Shown piece after piece: positions 10,873 through 25,079 of a stretch of 64,000 nt of DNA; the first letter of the stretch is position 1, and every line of letters begins with the position of its first letter. The stretch spans positions 1 to 64,000 of the forward strand of contig JYFJ02001648.1 in assembly GCA_000934665.2 (NCBI GenBank), read 5' to 3'. Under the pieces are notes generated by a model. It saw only the letters and a program-made list of their open reading frames with translations, ran no database searches and was not told the origin of the DNA. A program made the translations under genes and the position numbers. This stretch comes from Catajapyx aquilonaris (Eukaryota).

Positions 10873-11809
10873 ATGTGTTCGTTTTGCATGCCACTCCGTG
10901 ACGCTGTTTTTATTATTGGGATCGGGCAATTGGTAAGCTCTGCCAAGTTGAAGATTGGTATGAAGATTTTTTTTTTTTATTGTACCCCGTTGGGAGTTGA
11001 TTTCCATTAGGGGGGTGGAATTACCACCATTTGGGTGGAACTGGTGTACTGTGTGATAGTACTTAGTGTGTTCCAAGGGTAGGTAGGAGGGGATGTGCAA
11101 AGTGCGTGTGCACAGACGTTGTATTTGCCGTTTTGTGAACTCCCCCGGGTGGCTTATGTGCAAGGATCGCCACCCGAAACGAAGCCAGAGACGGTCTCAC
11201 TCTGCACGAAAGAAGGTGGGAACCCCGGGTGGGGATTGAACCCGGGACCTTAACTTCCGTGGGCGCACGCGTTACCACGGCGCCACTCCGTCTCCCTGAT
11301 TGGTATGAAGATTGACGGTGTTTTATTTTTACAGGGTTACTCCTGATTTTCACTAGTGGCAGGAGTTGTGCTGTTGGTCTTGCTCTATGAAATTGCGGGA
11401 AACACATCTTCTATTACAGGTATTATTGCCCCATAGTTCGATATAGGGCCTACTGTATACCTTAAGAGAAATGCCCTGATGTTTATGAAGTCCAAATACG
11501 TATAGAAATGCTGAGATGCCAATAAGAATGTGTACCGGTATTATTATGCTGGAGGAAGTGACAAAATTAATTATTATGCTTACACCTCAGTGATAAAAAA
11601 TAATGGAAGGAATGTGACAATAATTTAATTCGCTGATTGTCAATCGAAACACATTCTCAGCACCAGCAAGGATAAATTAGCACTTAGCACTAGCATAATA
11701 ATTTCTTTGTCACTTTCAGGTGAACTTACTTTCTTAGGTTTAGGCATCAACATGTATTTGTCTAGCACCTTGATTGGCAGCCGTCTTTCTCATCTGCGCA
11801 TACACACAG
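10873..11809 (+). pseudogene. 4TM-family pseudogene (closest to paralog D)
   Basis: Exon 1 10873-10932; exon 2 11335-11419 has in-frame TGA at 11344 where D has GGA; exon 3 11720-11809 is 90 nt versus 86 (frameshift); no exon 4 found. Confidence 0.7.
10969..11297 (-). mobile_element. Full-length tRNA-derived SINE with poly(A) tail and 16-bp TSD
   Basis: Minus strand: GTGGCGCCGTGG (A box), GGTTCAATCCC (B box), ending AATAAAAAAAAAAA; TSD GATTGGTATGAAGATT at 10953-10968 and 11298-11313. Confidence 0.9.
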
Positions 11810-12505
11810 GTCAGCCAGTTTGAATAATATTACAATGAATGTATTATTACTTTGAACAACTACTATCCCCTCCCCTCTCAACCTAATCGTACCGTAATAT
11901 TAGTGCCAGATGAAGTTGAATTACGTACATAATGGAATTTATCTCACTCAGTATTACAAACTGAGGTGTCTCATTGTAAAATCTTCTCATATCAACTGCA
12001 ATCCCATTATCATTACATACTGTAGGAAAATTACAATATGTTGATTGTTACAACTTGTTTTTACGGTTTTTTTATTTGCCCTAACACAAGACGTGCCACT
12101 AAAGATAGAGCTTCGAAAATAATTTTGAACACAGATCCCCATGGTCATGAAGTGCATTCCTACTATTTATAACTTTAACGGATTCCTCTTCAGTACTTCG
12201 TAAGATGTTAAAAACTATTACAAATTGCGATTTTATTTTATTTTCTCAATAACTATTCGGAATTAGGCTTCTTCGTCAAAGGGCCGAATGTACAACAGGA
12301 CGGTGTGGATCAATGTTCAAAATCACACTGTTCCACCTGCTACGGGATAAAAGATATGATTTCCCCCCTGAGTTGTGTATGGACTAGCATAACCAACTCA
12401 CTGTTGAATTTTTTAAAATAATTTTCGTACTTCATCTTCATTCACCGCAAGAGCCTTAAAGTTTCGCAATTTTGCGAGAACAACAGATATTACACTATGT
12501 AAATC

Positions 12506-13301
12506 CAGTTTGTATACCTGGGTAGTGTCCTTGAGAGTAATGGTAGAATTGATGGGGAAATAGACAGGAGAGTTAGTTCTGGGTTGAAAGTAATATGTGC
12601 CACAAGTAAGTTTTCTAGAAATAAGGACTTATCTTCTGCCTGTAGGTTGTCTGTCTATTCTCACGTTATTGTTCCTTCACTTATGTATGGTAGTGAAGCG
12701 TGGGTTTGGTCAGATAGGCATAAGAGTAGGGTGTTGGCTACAGAGATGCGTTATCTCCGGGCTGTTTGTGGGGTTACCAAGTTCGATAGGATTAGGAATG
12801 AGGAGATTTTGGAGAGGTGTAATGTTAAGGAGACTGTTAAAGATAAGGTGTGTAGGTCTACTCTAAGGTGGTTTGGCCATGTGGAGAGGATGAAGGAGGA
12901 GGAGATTGTGAAGAAGGTTTATTTGGGTGGAGTAGTTGGTAAGAGGGGCAAGGGTAGGCCTAGGGAGACATGGTTGGACCAGGTGGGTCAGTGTCTTAAG
13001 GGTGTTGCTAGTGTTAAGCCGAGACGTTCTTGTGTCAATAGGACCATGGACGTGGCTGAGGCTAGGGTTGTTTGTTTGAATAGGTGTAAATGGCGTAGGT
13101 TAATTAATGGGTAAATAGGTAAATATGTCTGAGGATAAGGTGATGTCTGAGGTGGGCAGGGGTGGGGGGTGGGTCAGGTTGTTTTTAGGTTTATTCTCAT
13201 GAGTTTTATTAGTTCATATGTTGGGTTAGCTTGCGTCTCCCTTCATCGCTGACTACCCCTCATAGGGAAATGTCGTGATGTTGTTGTTGTTGTTGTTGTT
13301 G
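12506..13301 (+). mobile_element. 5'-truncated RTE-clade non-LTR retrotransposon (RT C-terminal region)
   Basis: Uninterrupted frame 12506-13114: QFVYLGS...YGSEAW...EMRYLR...DRIRNEEI...LRWFGHVERM...KRGKGRPRETW; (GTT)n tail; TSD TGTAAATC at 12498-12505 and 13302-13309. Confidence 0.9.
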
Positions 13302-14289
13302 TGTAAATCTATTTTTGCCCGGACAGAAATTCATCGCTGTTTCCATGTTCCTAAGAGTTAGTTCACTGGTAACTATCATGGAGCATTCATTTTGCTTGGG
13401 ATTTGTTTTTGACCTTGGGGCAGTTGCAGTAAAAAAAATCCACTAACCAAAAAAATTCTCCAAAAGGGCCCCATTTTCAGTATTTTCCTAAATTTCGCGA
13501 TTTTTTTCCCTCCGAACGGTATTGCGTAATTTGGCTGAAACTTGATGTTATGACGTGTTATGGTATGTTATGTGCAGCTCTGTGATATTTTTCAGCAAAC
13601 ATTTATACTTTTCAAGTATAAGATTCAGCTTCTATTCATTGAATCTGCTGACTTTTCAAGCGTATTATTTTCAGTGCTGTTATTGTCTTCAATAAGCTGT
13701 GGGGACGTAAACAGGTGTTTTACTGTAGCTTGGGTGACTTTGCACTGCGGGTACAGGGAGATCCAAAGAATTTTTAAAAACAAAAATTTATATTTCCAAA
13801 AATTATTTCCGTTTCGAACCCTTTCAAGGCGTAAATTTCCTGTACTGAATACAACTGATCATATAATATAGATGACACGCTACCGGATTTGTTACCCGAA
13901 TGACCACGTCTAATAATTCGTCTTAGGATACGGTATTATTATTCCCCTAACATTATTAGGTTACCATGGTTTTCTAATAAATAAATATTTGTAATACAAT
14001 TATAAATTTAGACGCCTTTGAGGTGTTTGGAAGGAGCTGTTCTAAGTAGCAATCCTCACTAATTCACAATACCTCTGGCAAGAGGAAGCGAAATATATAG
14101 TATGTTGAAGATAAAATTTACAGGTTAGCACCGCGTAAGTATATCATCCACCGTGATAAACATGGCTCCATTTGTCCCTAGTAATATTGGTGATACCTTT
14201 GAATATTTAATTATTTTTATATATTTTATTTTCACGCCCCCTGATAGGGCGGAGCCCTTTTAGGGGGGAAATACCTTAGGAGAGGTTTA

Positions 14290-14452
<163 letters not shown>

Positions 14453-14494
14453 TAGTTTCAGGTCCGCCTACAGCAGTAGGCTACTCCAAACACA

Positions 14495-15857
14495 ATGCGA
14501 CTTCCACTTTGCGCACCCAACCTAAGTGCCGCTGTTCTCGATGTTGCGCTCGTGCAATTGGTAAGCTGGCAAGTTGGAGGTATGATATATTATATATACG
14601 ACATATCCAAGTCGACGCTGTTTTATTTTTGCAGATATACTCCGGAGCTGTACTACTGGTGTATTACTTTATAATGCCCATGCTCACTAATGACTATTTG
14701 GGACCAGGAAAAACACCTGGGTGGAGTCCAGGTATTTATTTATTTTGCTCATTTTGCATTTATGTGCGATATACTAACAATGACGAAAAATGGCCTGTTG
14801 TTTCTTAAGTATAACCAAAAGTGCTGAGGCTTGTTATAATGTGCATGCCGAAGGAAGCAACAGGATTCTTACACGTCAGCGAGCCAAAAATAATAATAAT
14901 AAAGGAAGGAGTGTGACAATAATATTATTCTTTATCTGATTGCTAATCGAAACAACTTTTGGTCACCAGCAAGAAATAAATTGGCACTTATAACCACTAA
15001 CATTTTATCTACTTCCAGGTGAATTTATTCTGCACCTTTTTTTTGTTGGCATGTATTTGTGGAACATGGTGGCTGCAACCATTCTCATGTGTGCTCGCTC
15101 AGAGGTCAGTCCATTTCGATAATAAGTAGCCTACTATAAAGAATATTAAAGCAACATCCGACTATACGCCCTCTTTCTGTCAAGCCAATCAGAATAATAA
15201 TAATATATGCGATGAATTCCATAATTAAAATTAAAACCACTCACACAGTCAGTGTTCAGAACTGAGGTGCTGCTTCTAATTTATCACCAGCCATCCCTAT
15301 AAAATAACTACAGTATGTTATTGTCTATTTAGTGTAAGCCTTACTTTCCCTGACCACCATGTAGGTGATCTTCATTCTTCATCTCCGAAAAATGTCTTTT
15401 ATGCAGTATAGGGCAATATGGTGAAGATGAACCACAGTATACTATCAGTAGTTAAAAGTTCAGGGATTCACGCCGCTTTACATTTTTTGCCTTGTCTTTC
15501 TGATCGATAATAATTATTGTTCTTCTTCACTTTCTTCAGAGGCTTCGCCGTCTCCCTCTCGGACAGAACCTGCTGATGACTCATATGGTCATGACAGCGG
15601 CATACATGGTCCTGTGCGTCGTCCTGTTCGTTTGTGAACTCGCCTTTGCCCGACACAAGTTGACATTTAGATTACTCGGCTTGAAAGTTCCCTATTTGGG
15701 AATCGTGGGCAACATCACTAACTTCACTGTCCACTGTTACTGCCTTCTAGTCGTCATCGCCTACTACAAGGAGCAGTGGGTTGCTGTGTCGGACCTAGAT
15801 TCTCAGTCAAACACACAGCAGCAAATCCAACCTGCCATGCAGGGCATTGTTGCTTGA
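14495..15857 (+). CDS. Divergent 4TM paralog D (lacks the N-terminal Cys cluster)
   Basis: Exons 14495-14560, 14635-14731, 15019-15104, 15540-15857; phases 0/1/0; 86-nt exon 3; YCLLVVIAYYKE after TM4. Confidence 0.75.
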
Positions 15858-16099
15858 CGCAGTTTCGTCAGTAATAATTGTGTCTGCCTCCGGTTGAAAT
15901 TGCGTGTGATGGCCCCATTTTCTTACTATGTTTCACTATCCCATATCAAAATTACATTCATCCTGCTTACGTGGACCCCATAAAAAATACCTTGTCACTG
16001 CCTTGCCCAATTAATGAATGTCTAAATAAACAAAATTATCTGGTGAAATCCTTGGAATTGTGCTATTGGGTGGGTTCAAGACAATAATATAATACACTA

Positions 16100-16590
16100 T
16101 CGATGGCATTAGCATTACCACAATGCAATGGTGTGAACATCTTGGCAGAAGTCATTCTCGTCTGCACATACGCACAGGTCAGTCCTTTTCTATAATATTG
16201 TATTGAGTATAAAATTACTTCGAACTAAACACCATCTCTCAAACCAATCAGACGAAGAATAATATAATATTCCATAAACGACATTGCATTTCTGAAAGAC
16301 AATTATTGCGATCCTTATCTTCCTTCAGAGACGTCTCAGACTGAATCTGCTGATGGTCATGGCAGCGGCATCCGTCATCCTGTGCATGGCAGGGTTCATT
16401 TCTGAATGATTACAGGCTTTCACCTTTAAGGACTATCCATGATCAAGTTCATAACCTTCTCCATCTACGGTTACTGCCTTCTATAGTCATCATCTCCTAC
16501 TATACCAGGAGCTGCAGGATGCTGTGGTCGGAGACGACAAACTCAAGGGACCAAATCTAACCCACCCTGAAGTGACTTTGTTGGTTGATG
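16100..16590 (+). pseudogene. Degenerate exon 3 plus exon 4 relic of a D-like paralog
   Basis: Exon-3-like end ...ACATACGCACAG|gtcagt at 16177; exon-4-like from 16329 with stops and frameshifts, retaining TACCAGGAGCTG (YQEL). Confidence 0.65.
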
Positions 16591-17000
16591 CCGTTGCAAA
16601 AGTGGTGGTCTCTGGTTGAAATTGCCAAGTGCATTACCATGGAAGTGTAAAACTCAACAGAGAAGCAACAGACCTGTTTTGTGCATATTACGCAACATTT
16701 TTGTCGCTAGTCATCTATAGCATCGGTTTATCTATAGACGCCCACTGCGAACTCATGCGATTCACTTGATCGCATTTCTTGCCAACGCGGAAATTACTGC
16801 GTACAGGTACAGTGCGTTCATTATATCAGTGGAGTACAGTCCGAATAGGGATGACAAGTTGTAGTAAATTAGTCATGCGTCTATATGGAGGGTTCTAGTC
16901 CAGCTTTATGTGTTTCTTTAATTCTCATGCTGCAATAGGCCAATAAATATAATTTATATGAATTGCTCAATTTTAGGCCCATTTAAAGCATACCACCAAA

Positions 17001-18388
17001 ATGCCGCCACTTCTAAAGTCGTCACTTTGTGGATGTACCAACCTCCGCGCCGGTTCCTTCCTTTTCGGTGTGGCGCACTTGGTAAGCCACAAAAAATAGG
17101 ATAAGATGTTTAAATATAAATATATACGTACATATTCGTATGAAATAGTGATACTCCTTTGTTTTTACAGACTTACTCCATGGTGTCAGCAGTGGTGTTT
17201 GTTATAGTTCCGTTAATATGGACCAGCCTGACCGTGGCTGAGATTGATCCAGGTATTTATTTTGCTCATTATCCGACATACTGTAGTAGGCCCATAAAAA
17301 TTAATGGGATGTTGTGAACAGTGAAATCTGAAATCCAATGTCTCCGGAGATGGAGAACACCTTGCAAAATACGATGTAAGAATCGTATACAAGAATGTGC
17401 CCTCTCATTTGGTTATCGCACTTCCGAAATTGTATAATTAAAATCTAATTATTATCATGTTGTGTTGCTATAAGACAGACACTGATTTTTCATTGTATTG
17501 TTACTACGATCAGGGAGCATATACTACATAAGAGGCGCAAACATTAGATTTCCGCGTCTCTCTATTTGGCGCGTTTCCAAGGCTGGCGGCCATTTTGAAG
17601 TGTGGGCAACGCCAACGAGGTATAGGGTACAGGCAAAAATAGGGTCCGCCATATTTGATTCGCGCGTGTTCTTGACGTGTAGTTGCCATGGCCGCCAAAA
17701 CCATCAAAGATGGCGGACCCTATTTTTGCCTGTACCCTATTTATACCTCGTTGGCGTTGCCCACACTTCAAAATGGCCGCCAGCCTTGGCAAGGGCCCCA
17801 AACAGAGAGACGCGGACATCAACGGCGCCGACTGAAGTTTGTGCCTCTTATGTAGTATAATATTATTCTCCCTGCTACGATATACAAGCGACCAGTGATA
17901 CGTAAATAGACACTCTGCATTTACTTCCAGAACCACTTGGAGTGATTATCCTTGAGGTGATCCTATATCCGACTCACGGTGCGCTAGCAATCCTCCTGTT
18001 ATATGCAATAAGTAAGGTCAGTTATTTTTCGTATCACACCTTTGCCATTAAAGGCCGCGCGTGTCTAGAGGCAGAGAAGCGCTCACATTATTGTATAACA
18101 TTCTTTTCGTTTGCTTAATTTTGGCAGAAGCGTCGTCGCCGACTGATCGTGCCTTACATCGCCCTGACCATAGTAGCACTGATCGTGTCTGTCTTCCTGG
18201 ACTTGACTGATCTGCCACACAATCATTTTGACGACCCTCTTGACAAAATGCTCACCCTGCACCGAGTGCTGAACCTATTATTTGGGATCTCGAGCAGCTA
18301 CTTCTTGCTAATTGTCTACTCGTACTACCAGAAGCTGGTCGAAGGAGACAGCCAGCACGTACAGCTACAAGCAGAAGCCTGCGACTGA
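17001..18388 (+). CDS. 4TM paralog E
   Basis: Exons 17001-17081, 17171-17252, 17931-18016, 18128-18388; MPPLLKSSLCGCTNLRAG...YFLLIVYSYYQKL; MITE in intron 2. Confidence 0.85.
17511..17874. mobile_element. Second copy of the CAGGGAG MITE, inside intron 2 of paralog E
   Basis: Same TIRs as 5755-6206; TSD CTACGAT at 17504-17510 and 17875-17881. Confidence 0.85.
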
Positions 18389-19848
18389 CTCTTGATGTAT
18401 CCCAATGCTGTTTGCTTCAGGTTTGATGACTATGGGATGCCAATTTATGTGGAGTGTCGCTTTATTGCTTCCATATAATAATGACGTGAAATACACCTCT
18501 AACGGAATCATATTGTAAGTTACTGTAAATTTTATTTTCCTATATTTTAACTTCACGTGTTTCTGTGATGAATGGGTCAATCTACTTGAAATATATTCAG
18601 TAAAAAAAACCAAATTGATCTGACTTTATATTCAGCTGAATTTACGAGCGTACAATGAACATTCTACTGGAGACGGACCAATTTCCTCAATATTACTGCT
18701 GTCAAATCGACCATGTTTGTACCGTATTGTATTTCACTGAACATGGCTCCTGGAGAGAGCCCCTTTGAAGACAACTTTTATCACTTTAATAGCTTAAAAT
18801 TTGCGGATATAGTGTAGAAAATAGGATATAGTGAGAAAACTCACCTGGTTGAATCCAATGGAAACGTGAAGAGTTGCATGGCTGCACAGATTCACATGAA
18901 GAGGACTTGTCGAATAACAAGATTATGTGGAGCAATTTGTCCAGCTGGTGAGGGTCAAGAGGGCCGAATTTTTGAACAGTGGTCTCTCCGATCTGGACCT
19001 CGGGTCTGCGTTTTTCTCCGGCTAAATTTGGAGGTCAGGCAACAAACTATTATCAGGCACAGGCGCAATAGAATGGTGGAAAAATGCTGCTTGACTCCGC
19101 TTGGCACACAAGCATCTACTAATGGTAAAATTGCGCCATGTTGACCTGTCCATTTCAGTCCAATTTCTCGCCTCTTGTGGACTCAGTCAGCCAATCCTGC
19201 AACAATTTCAGTACACACTACTTATGGTTAATTAAATGGCTGCTAATAATATTAAGTCGGGTGTATTAATCGGCTATATATTTTGTCCCTCCTCAGATTT
19301 TAAGTCAGCTGCGATTTCTTGCCCTCTTTTGTGTAAACAATAAAAATGTAATGCCAGGTTTTATTGGTAACCATGGAAGTCATTTAAACGTCCGTTTATT
19401 GTTGTTTGTGTCAGGAACCTGGTCTGGTCGTTCTCAACACGCTCTGGACCAACACATTCAGTTCCTGGCTTTGTTTTTATAATTCAATTAATATTACTCA
19501 GTACAAGACGTTGCTGGAGTGACGGGTGAGTACTATACGTGCAGCAATTATTGTCTTTGCAATGATGCTGGTGTGTGACAAAACTGTTTTAGGCTGTAAA
19601 ATCATAATAATAAGCTGCTGGCACCTCAACATTACTGCCCCGCAAAAATCTTGCAGGTTTCTGTAGCCTATATACTCGATGAGCTGAGTCGAATGACACT
19701 ATTCCTAGAGTGTGGAAATGCTTGGTTCAAGAGTAATATTGAATTTTGAAATAGCAAGTAATGAATTAAATGAACGTAAACAAGTGTTCCTTTGTTGAAA
19801 CAGTTTACTCCCACTGAGACAACTCCCGACTGAGACACATCAATCAAA

Positions 19849-20890
19849 ATGATTGGTGTTCCTGAAACGTGTTGCTGTGGTTGCTGGACTACTCGCACTG
19901 GCGTCTTCATCATCGCTGTATTGGAGTTGGTGAGATCCAAAAGCAGTACAAATTGTTTAGAAAGTCTATAAGTAGTTTTTGCTTTTCAGATTGCTGACTT
20001 GATCCTGCTCTTGTGCACTATACTCATGGAGGACCTGGACATTATTCGTAAGTAATTTAATTCGTTTAAAAATAATATTACTGGAAACTTTCAGGCGTGC
20101 TGTGCAATAAAATCTTCTGACATTGCTAAGATTTTAGCTGCTATATATTACATAAATACTGTAAAATAATTGAAACATCCTTACAACCTTACCTCAGAAC
20201 ATCGTAAAAACACCATAACAATAATTATTTACTTTCAGAATTTATTCTTCAAATAGTAGTTCCTTCGGTGAGCTTCGTGGCCATAGTCGTGCTTATCACT
20301 GGAACCATAATGGTCAGTACATTTCGCTTACATAAACCTGATCGAACCTCCCCAAGCATAAACATATTAATTTTGAAGACTTGAAAATGCAAAGCATGGA
20401 ATTTTCTCGACATTGAGTTAGTGTTAGCAAGAGCTGGTGTTAGTCATTGCTTAATGCAGTTCATTACACGTACCATCTGGCCAATTATCAGAATAGGCTT
20501 CCATTTTTCTATCAGTGAGATATTGACTTGATCGAAATTCACTGCAGTGTCTCTGCTAATAATATTAATTCGTTAAAAAAATATGTACATCTTTTGCAGA
20601 GAATACCTTGGCTGTTGCTTCCCCACCTGGTTATTGCGCTTGTCAACTGCGGGTTTCGTGGTTACTCTCTCCTGTCCCACCAGTTCCTCCCTCAAAGCAT
20701 CTTGTTCAAGGTTCTGTCCTGCACGTTCGGGTCTGTAATCACCCTGTACTTATGGCTGGTCGTCTTTTCTCATTTCCTGGATCTGCGCGATGAAAAAAGA
20801 GGCGTCATTGCTCGAAGGCATCGCAGGATGACCCTACTCAGGTCTTCAGTTGTTGTCGACATGTTCAATTCTCCTTTTAAGAAGGTTTGA
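19849..20890 (+). CDS. 4TM paralog F
   Basis: Exons 19849-19929, 19990-20047, 20239-20312, 20600-20890; MIGVPETCCCGCWTTRTGVFII...YLWLVVFSHFLDL. Confidence 0.85.
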
Positions 20891-21306
20891 AAAAATGAGA
20901 TTGTTTCATGCTAAATTATTGTGCCATGTTGAACGCTGAAATAAAGTTGGTGGTTGTTTTACAGTATTAATCTTTAGGCATACCGTATGTTACTGACCAA
21001 TAAATATGATTGTGGACATTCATTGTCCTGTCACGTTACGATGGTTCTTCAACAAACATTCCGGCAGACTACAATGGACTCCTTGAGGGCACGTAGGAAT
21101 TTTATAACTGGCCAGTGACGTCTACCTTTCGATCCGCTCAAGAGAGAAAACTGAGCAAAAATCTAAAGTAAATTTATAAGGTTATGTTCCCTCGTCAATC
21201 AACCTCAGCATAATTATATCCAGTCATTTCTTGGACATTAAGAACATTGCTAACAATCCTATAGTTAATTTTCTGGTTTTAGGTTCGATTGAAATATACC
21301 AACAAA

Positions 21307-22419
21307 ATGCCAATTCTAAAATCGTGTTGCTGTGAATGGTTGAAACTTCGGAATGGCTGCCTCGTCATCGGGGGATTTGATTTGGTACGTTCCATAGTTC
21401 AGAATAATTATTTTAAAAATCCCAGCAGTAATAAAGGGTGGTTGACTCATTCACTTTGAAAAAGACATTCAGTAGATATGATTAAATTGTCATATATTTT
21501 GTTTTACAGCTTATTACCCTCACAGATCTAGTCACCTCTGTAGTGATGCTGAAATTGTCTGCACTAGGTAAGTAGTTAAAAATATTCTATTAGCACGTGA
21601 AGAAGGATCAGAAAAATCGAGCCAAATTTTCACTACTAGGAATACTCATTTAAGAGCATGTTGTACCAGCCCCACGTAAACTACAGTATTTCTTGAGTTT
21701 ACAATGTTGTATAATACGAGAAACCATAATAATTTCTTCCAGGAATTAGTTTCACAGCAATAAAATTTCTGAACGTCGTGGCGATAGTCGTGCTCATCTT
21801 CGGGATCATACAGGTTAGTCCATTTCTCTTAACTCTTTCATGCTAAGGTTACACGCAATATTATTGGAAGTGTTTCCTAGGTCAGTGTTTGTGGGGATAA
21901 AACACGCGAAAGTTGGAACGGAAGACATTTTAGCAGCAGGTAATATGTTTTGAGTGGGCGTCGATCCTAGTGTGACTTGATTGACGTAGGGAAGGCAGAA
22001 AAAAAATATGAAGGTCATCCTGACATACGGTCTAGTTATTTATGATGGCACAGATGAACGTGAATAATTCCAGCCACTACCATATTTTTTATGCATTTAA
22101 TGTTTCAAACTCTTACTGTCCTCCATTAAAATTACAGTATAGATGCAAGCTTTATTCTCAATTATCTTTTGGTTGTCGTTAACAGAAACTTCGCGTCCTA
22201 ATATTTGCTTACCTGATGGCGGCGATCCTGATTCTATTCATACGAATTTTCACGCTCCTCAAATACAACATGGCAGAATCAAGCCTCGTGGGAAGAGTGG
22301 TGGTGGTCATCATCATCATTGGCTTTTGGATCTACTTCTGGGTGGTCGTCTTCTCGCACTCCCAGGAGCTGGAAGAAGAAGAGGAAAGAATCGCACGTGA
22401 GAGGGTATACATAATCTGA
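21307..22419 (+). CDS. 4TM paralog G
   Basis: Exons 21307-21384, 21510-21567, 21743-21813, 22186-22419; MPILKSCCCEWLKLRNGCLVIG...YFWVVVFSHSQEL. Confidence 0.85.
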
Positions 22420-22620
22420 CATATTAAGCCCCCCCCCCCCTATTGCTGTCAGGTTAAAACTATGAAAAAACTATGCGAGGAAAGTCTTTTCCATGATGTC
22501 TTCTGGTGTACACAAGAAAATTAATATAATTATTACGATAATAAAGAAATGATCAACAGTGAGAGTGAGAGTGTATGACTTGTTGCGGTTTCTGAAAATT
22601 TTACACTACTGGCTGAGATA

Positions 22621-22791
22621 GACGCAGGCGCAGGTGGGTCGTACATGAGGCGGGGATCGTTGAACACGAGGGTGACTGCAGACGATTCAATCAAGGAATA
22701 TATGGCTGTGGAGGAGGATTGTGAAGAACTGTTCTTGACTTCATAATCTGTCAAACTTGCCAGTTGGATCACAAGAAGACTAAAACTTTGG
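22621..22791 (+). promoter_or_regulatory. Conserved upstream module (putative promoter / non-coding leader exon) of paralog H, repeated before I, J, K, L and N
   Basis: ACGCAGGCGCA..GGTCGAACACGAGGCGGGGATTCGACACG..GCAGACGATTCA...; ends in a GT donor (22792, 26067, 29013, 31699, 38119). Other copies start near 25881, 28834, 31501, 34325 and 37936. Confidence 0.55.
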
Positions 22792-23332
22792 GTGAGTGTT
22801 TGCTGCCAGCACAATATTATTATAAGTCAAATTCAAGATAATAATGTACTTTATCTGCATAAAGGATTGCCGACTAACCAACTGTGATAGTGATATGTTA
22901 CATATTGCTAACCCAAAATGCTAAGCAACAGCTGGTGTAGCCTTTAATTTAGAGCCTATATTATACTCTAATGACTAGTATAGTTCTTGCATGCATGTGC
23001 CAAGGACGTGCCAAGTGACGCAATAGGTAATAAATGGTATAAACGTCACCTTTAGGTCGTACAGTACAAAATAACGATCCAGACACTAAGGAGGCAAAAG
23101 TAAAGGCAACTCTGGAAACTCCTGCGAAATGTAACTCATGAATGAACAGTCTAAACAGAGTTTGAAGTCACTTTTTTCACAACCAAACTGCGTCGGATCG
23201 TGTCCCTTCATCATTAACATTAAAACTAACTTTTACATATGAAGCACTAATACATATAATAATTTAAGGTAGTGCACTCCAAGCTTTAAATATAGCATTA
23301 TTTCAGGTCCAGGGCTAAGACACACCATCAAG

Positions 23333-24243
23333 ATGCCGGTTCTCAACATGTGTTGCTGCTGTCATACTATTCGCACCGGTACTTTAATTATTGGGGCATT
23401 GGATCTGGTAAGCTGAAAATTCTGGGTCATGAAAATATTGTATTATTATTTTAATGAGAGAGATATATTCTTACAGACTGCTGCACTGATAGTAATTATC
23501 ATATCAATTGTGTATCTGGCATCATGGGAGACAATTTCCGAAAAGTTGAGAGAGAAGCAGGCGTCGCTTAAAATGGACGTTGAGGAACTTCAGCATTGTA
23601 CGTGAATATCATAAATAATTATTAAATCATTGAAAACGCAGCCTGGAGCAGGAAAGGACTCGGAAATAACATGGATTAACTGACTGTCACTAATAAATAA
23701 TTTATATAATATAATATATTATGCAAGTCTTGCAATACATGTAACTTATGTTATTTTCAGGCAACTGTCCCAGTTACTAGTATATTCCGTGTCATTGCTT
23801 CCAGATGTGCGAATTGTTCTTATAATTGCGCTGGTGGTGTGCATTGTGCATGTCATCATAGCATCCCTGCTTATCCATGGCGTTAAAAGGGTGAGTGATT
23901 TATTTAAAAGCCATGTAAAATATTGTTGAACCTAAGATCTACGCGGGTCAGCAATATTATAAGATGCGCTTGTACTGATAAGCACTAATATTTGGTTAAT
24001 TTTATGCAGATGCGCCCCGGACTTATGGTGCCTTTCATGTTCGTAAGTGTGATAAGCTTGATCATGTCCGTGGTCATGGACACTGAATTTATGATCAGAG
24101 GCGGAGAACTCCTCCAAGGATTGTCTAGAATTATCATCGGCATCATCGTAGGAGTTTACTTCTTGCTTGTGGTCTACTCGCACTACCAGGAGCTGCGAGA
24201 CAGGGGCAGAATATCCGATGTTCCAATCGACCGAAAGGACTAA
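23333..24243 (+). CDS. 4TM paralog H
   Basis: Exons 23333-23407, 23477-23597, 23805-23890, 24010-24243; MPVLNMCCCCHTIRTGTLIIG...LLIHGVKR|MRPGLMVP...VVYSHYQELRD. Confidence 0.9.
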
Positions 24244-25079
24244 GGTTTGCTTTTTTAACATAACCTGTCCATGTCACTAATAAATTGTCAATGATGATCG
24301 ATAGGATGCAAGAACAGGGGTGAGCAGTGAGTTAATTACCCTATATATTTTGCCTTGCAGATTATGAGCTTCCGTATATATCTATATATATTTACCTCTG
24401 CCCTGTTTCCGGACTTGTATAAGTTATAACTTACAGTAAGCCTTATTTTTGATAAGCAATTAAAAGTATATTATCTGAACAGGTGGTGGGGGATTGCGTG
24501 TCAATTCTTGCATGCGGGTTTTCCATATTTACTCCACTAACAAATTCAAACAGCTCATTGAGATGTTTTACAGCAGAAAACCGGTTCTTGAAAAGCTACA
24601 CAAATATCAGAAATTATGCTTAAAACGACCAAAATGATCATATGCAAAAAATAATGGACTCAATTCGCTGACTGCAGAAGTAGGCTAAACAAGCGCTGTT
24701 TTTGTGGAGGTGTTTCAGGGAATCTTCTTTGCCAAAATCTTTCTGCGATAGTGATACTTCCGTTGAAGTATACCCACTTGTAGTCCTACTATTTCCTTAC
24801 ATTATAGTGATGTAATAAAAAGCACGACAAATTTTAATTCCAGGAACCGCTTTTGCAATAATCACACCTCTGCTGTCCCGCTGACCTCATAGGCGCAAAG
24901 ACACGCGATCCTACTATATGGTCATCAATTTCTTTAACATAACCATTTGCATGCAAACCAGTCACCCTTCCATTCAGTTAAATCGGACATGTGTCACCCG
25001 CACCTTTGATGGTGGGGCACGAAGAGCCCTTGACTTAGCTTAAATCAACAATCGACAGTTTTTTTCGAGAGTGAGAAAG

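Noticed and set aside
11220..11297. tRNA gene (also 7687-7755 and ~8940-8980)
   Set aside because: Only A/B boxes, no complete cloverleaf; the first two are SINE heads and the third is a short fragment.
11344..11346. In-frame TGA as possible selenocysteine or readthrough
   Set aside because: Aligns to Gly (GGA) in paralog D, and the same copy has an exon 3 frameshift and lacks exon 4.
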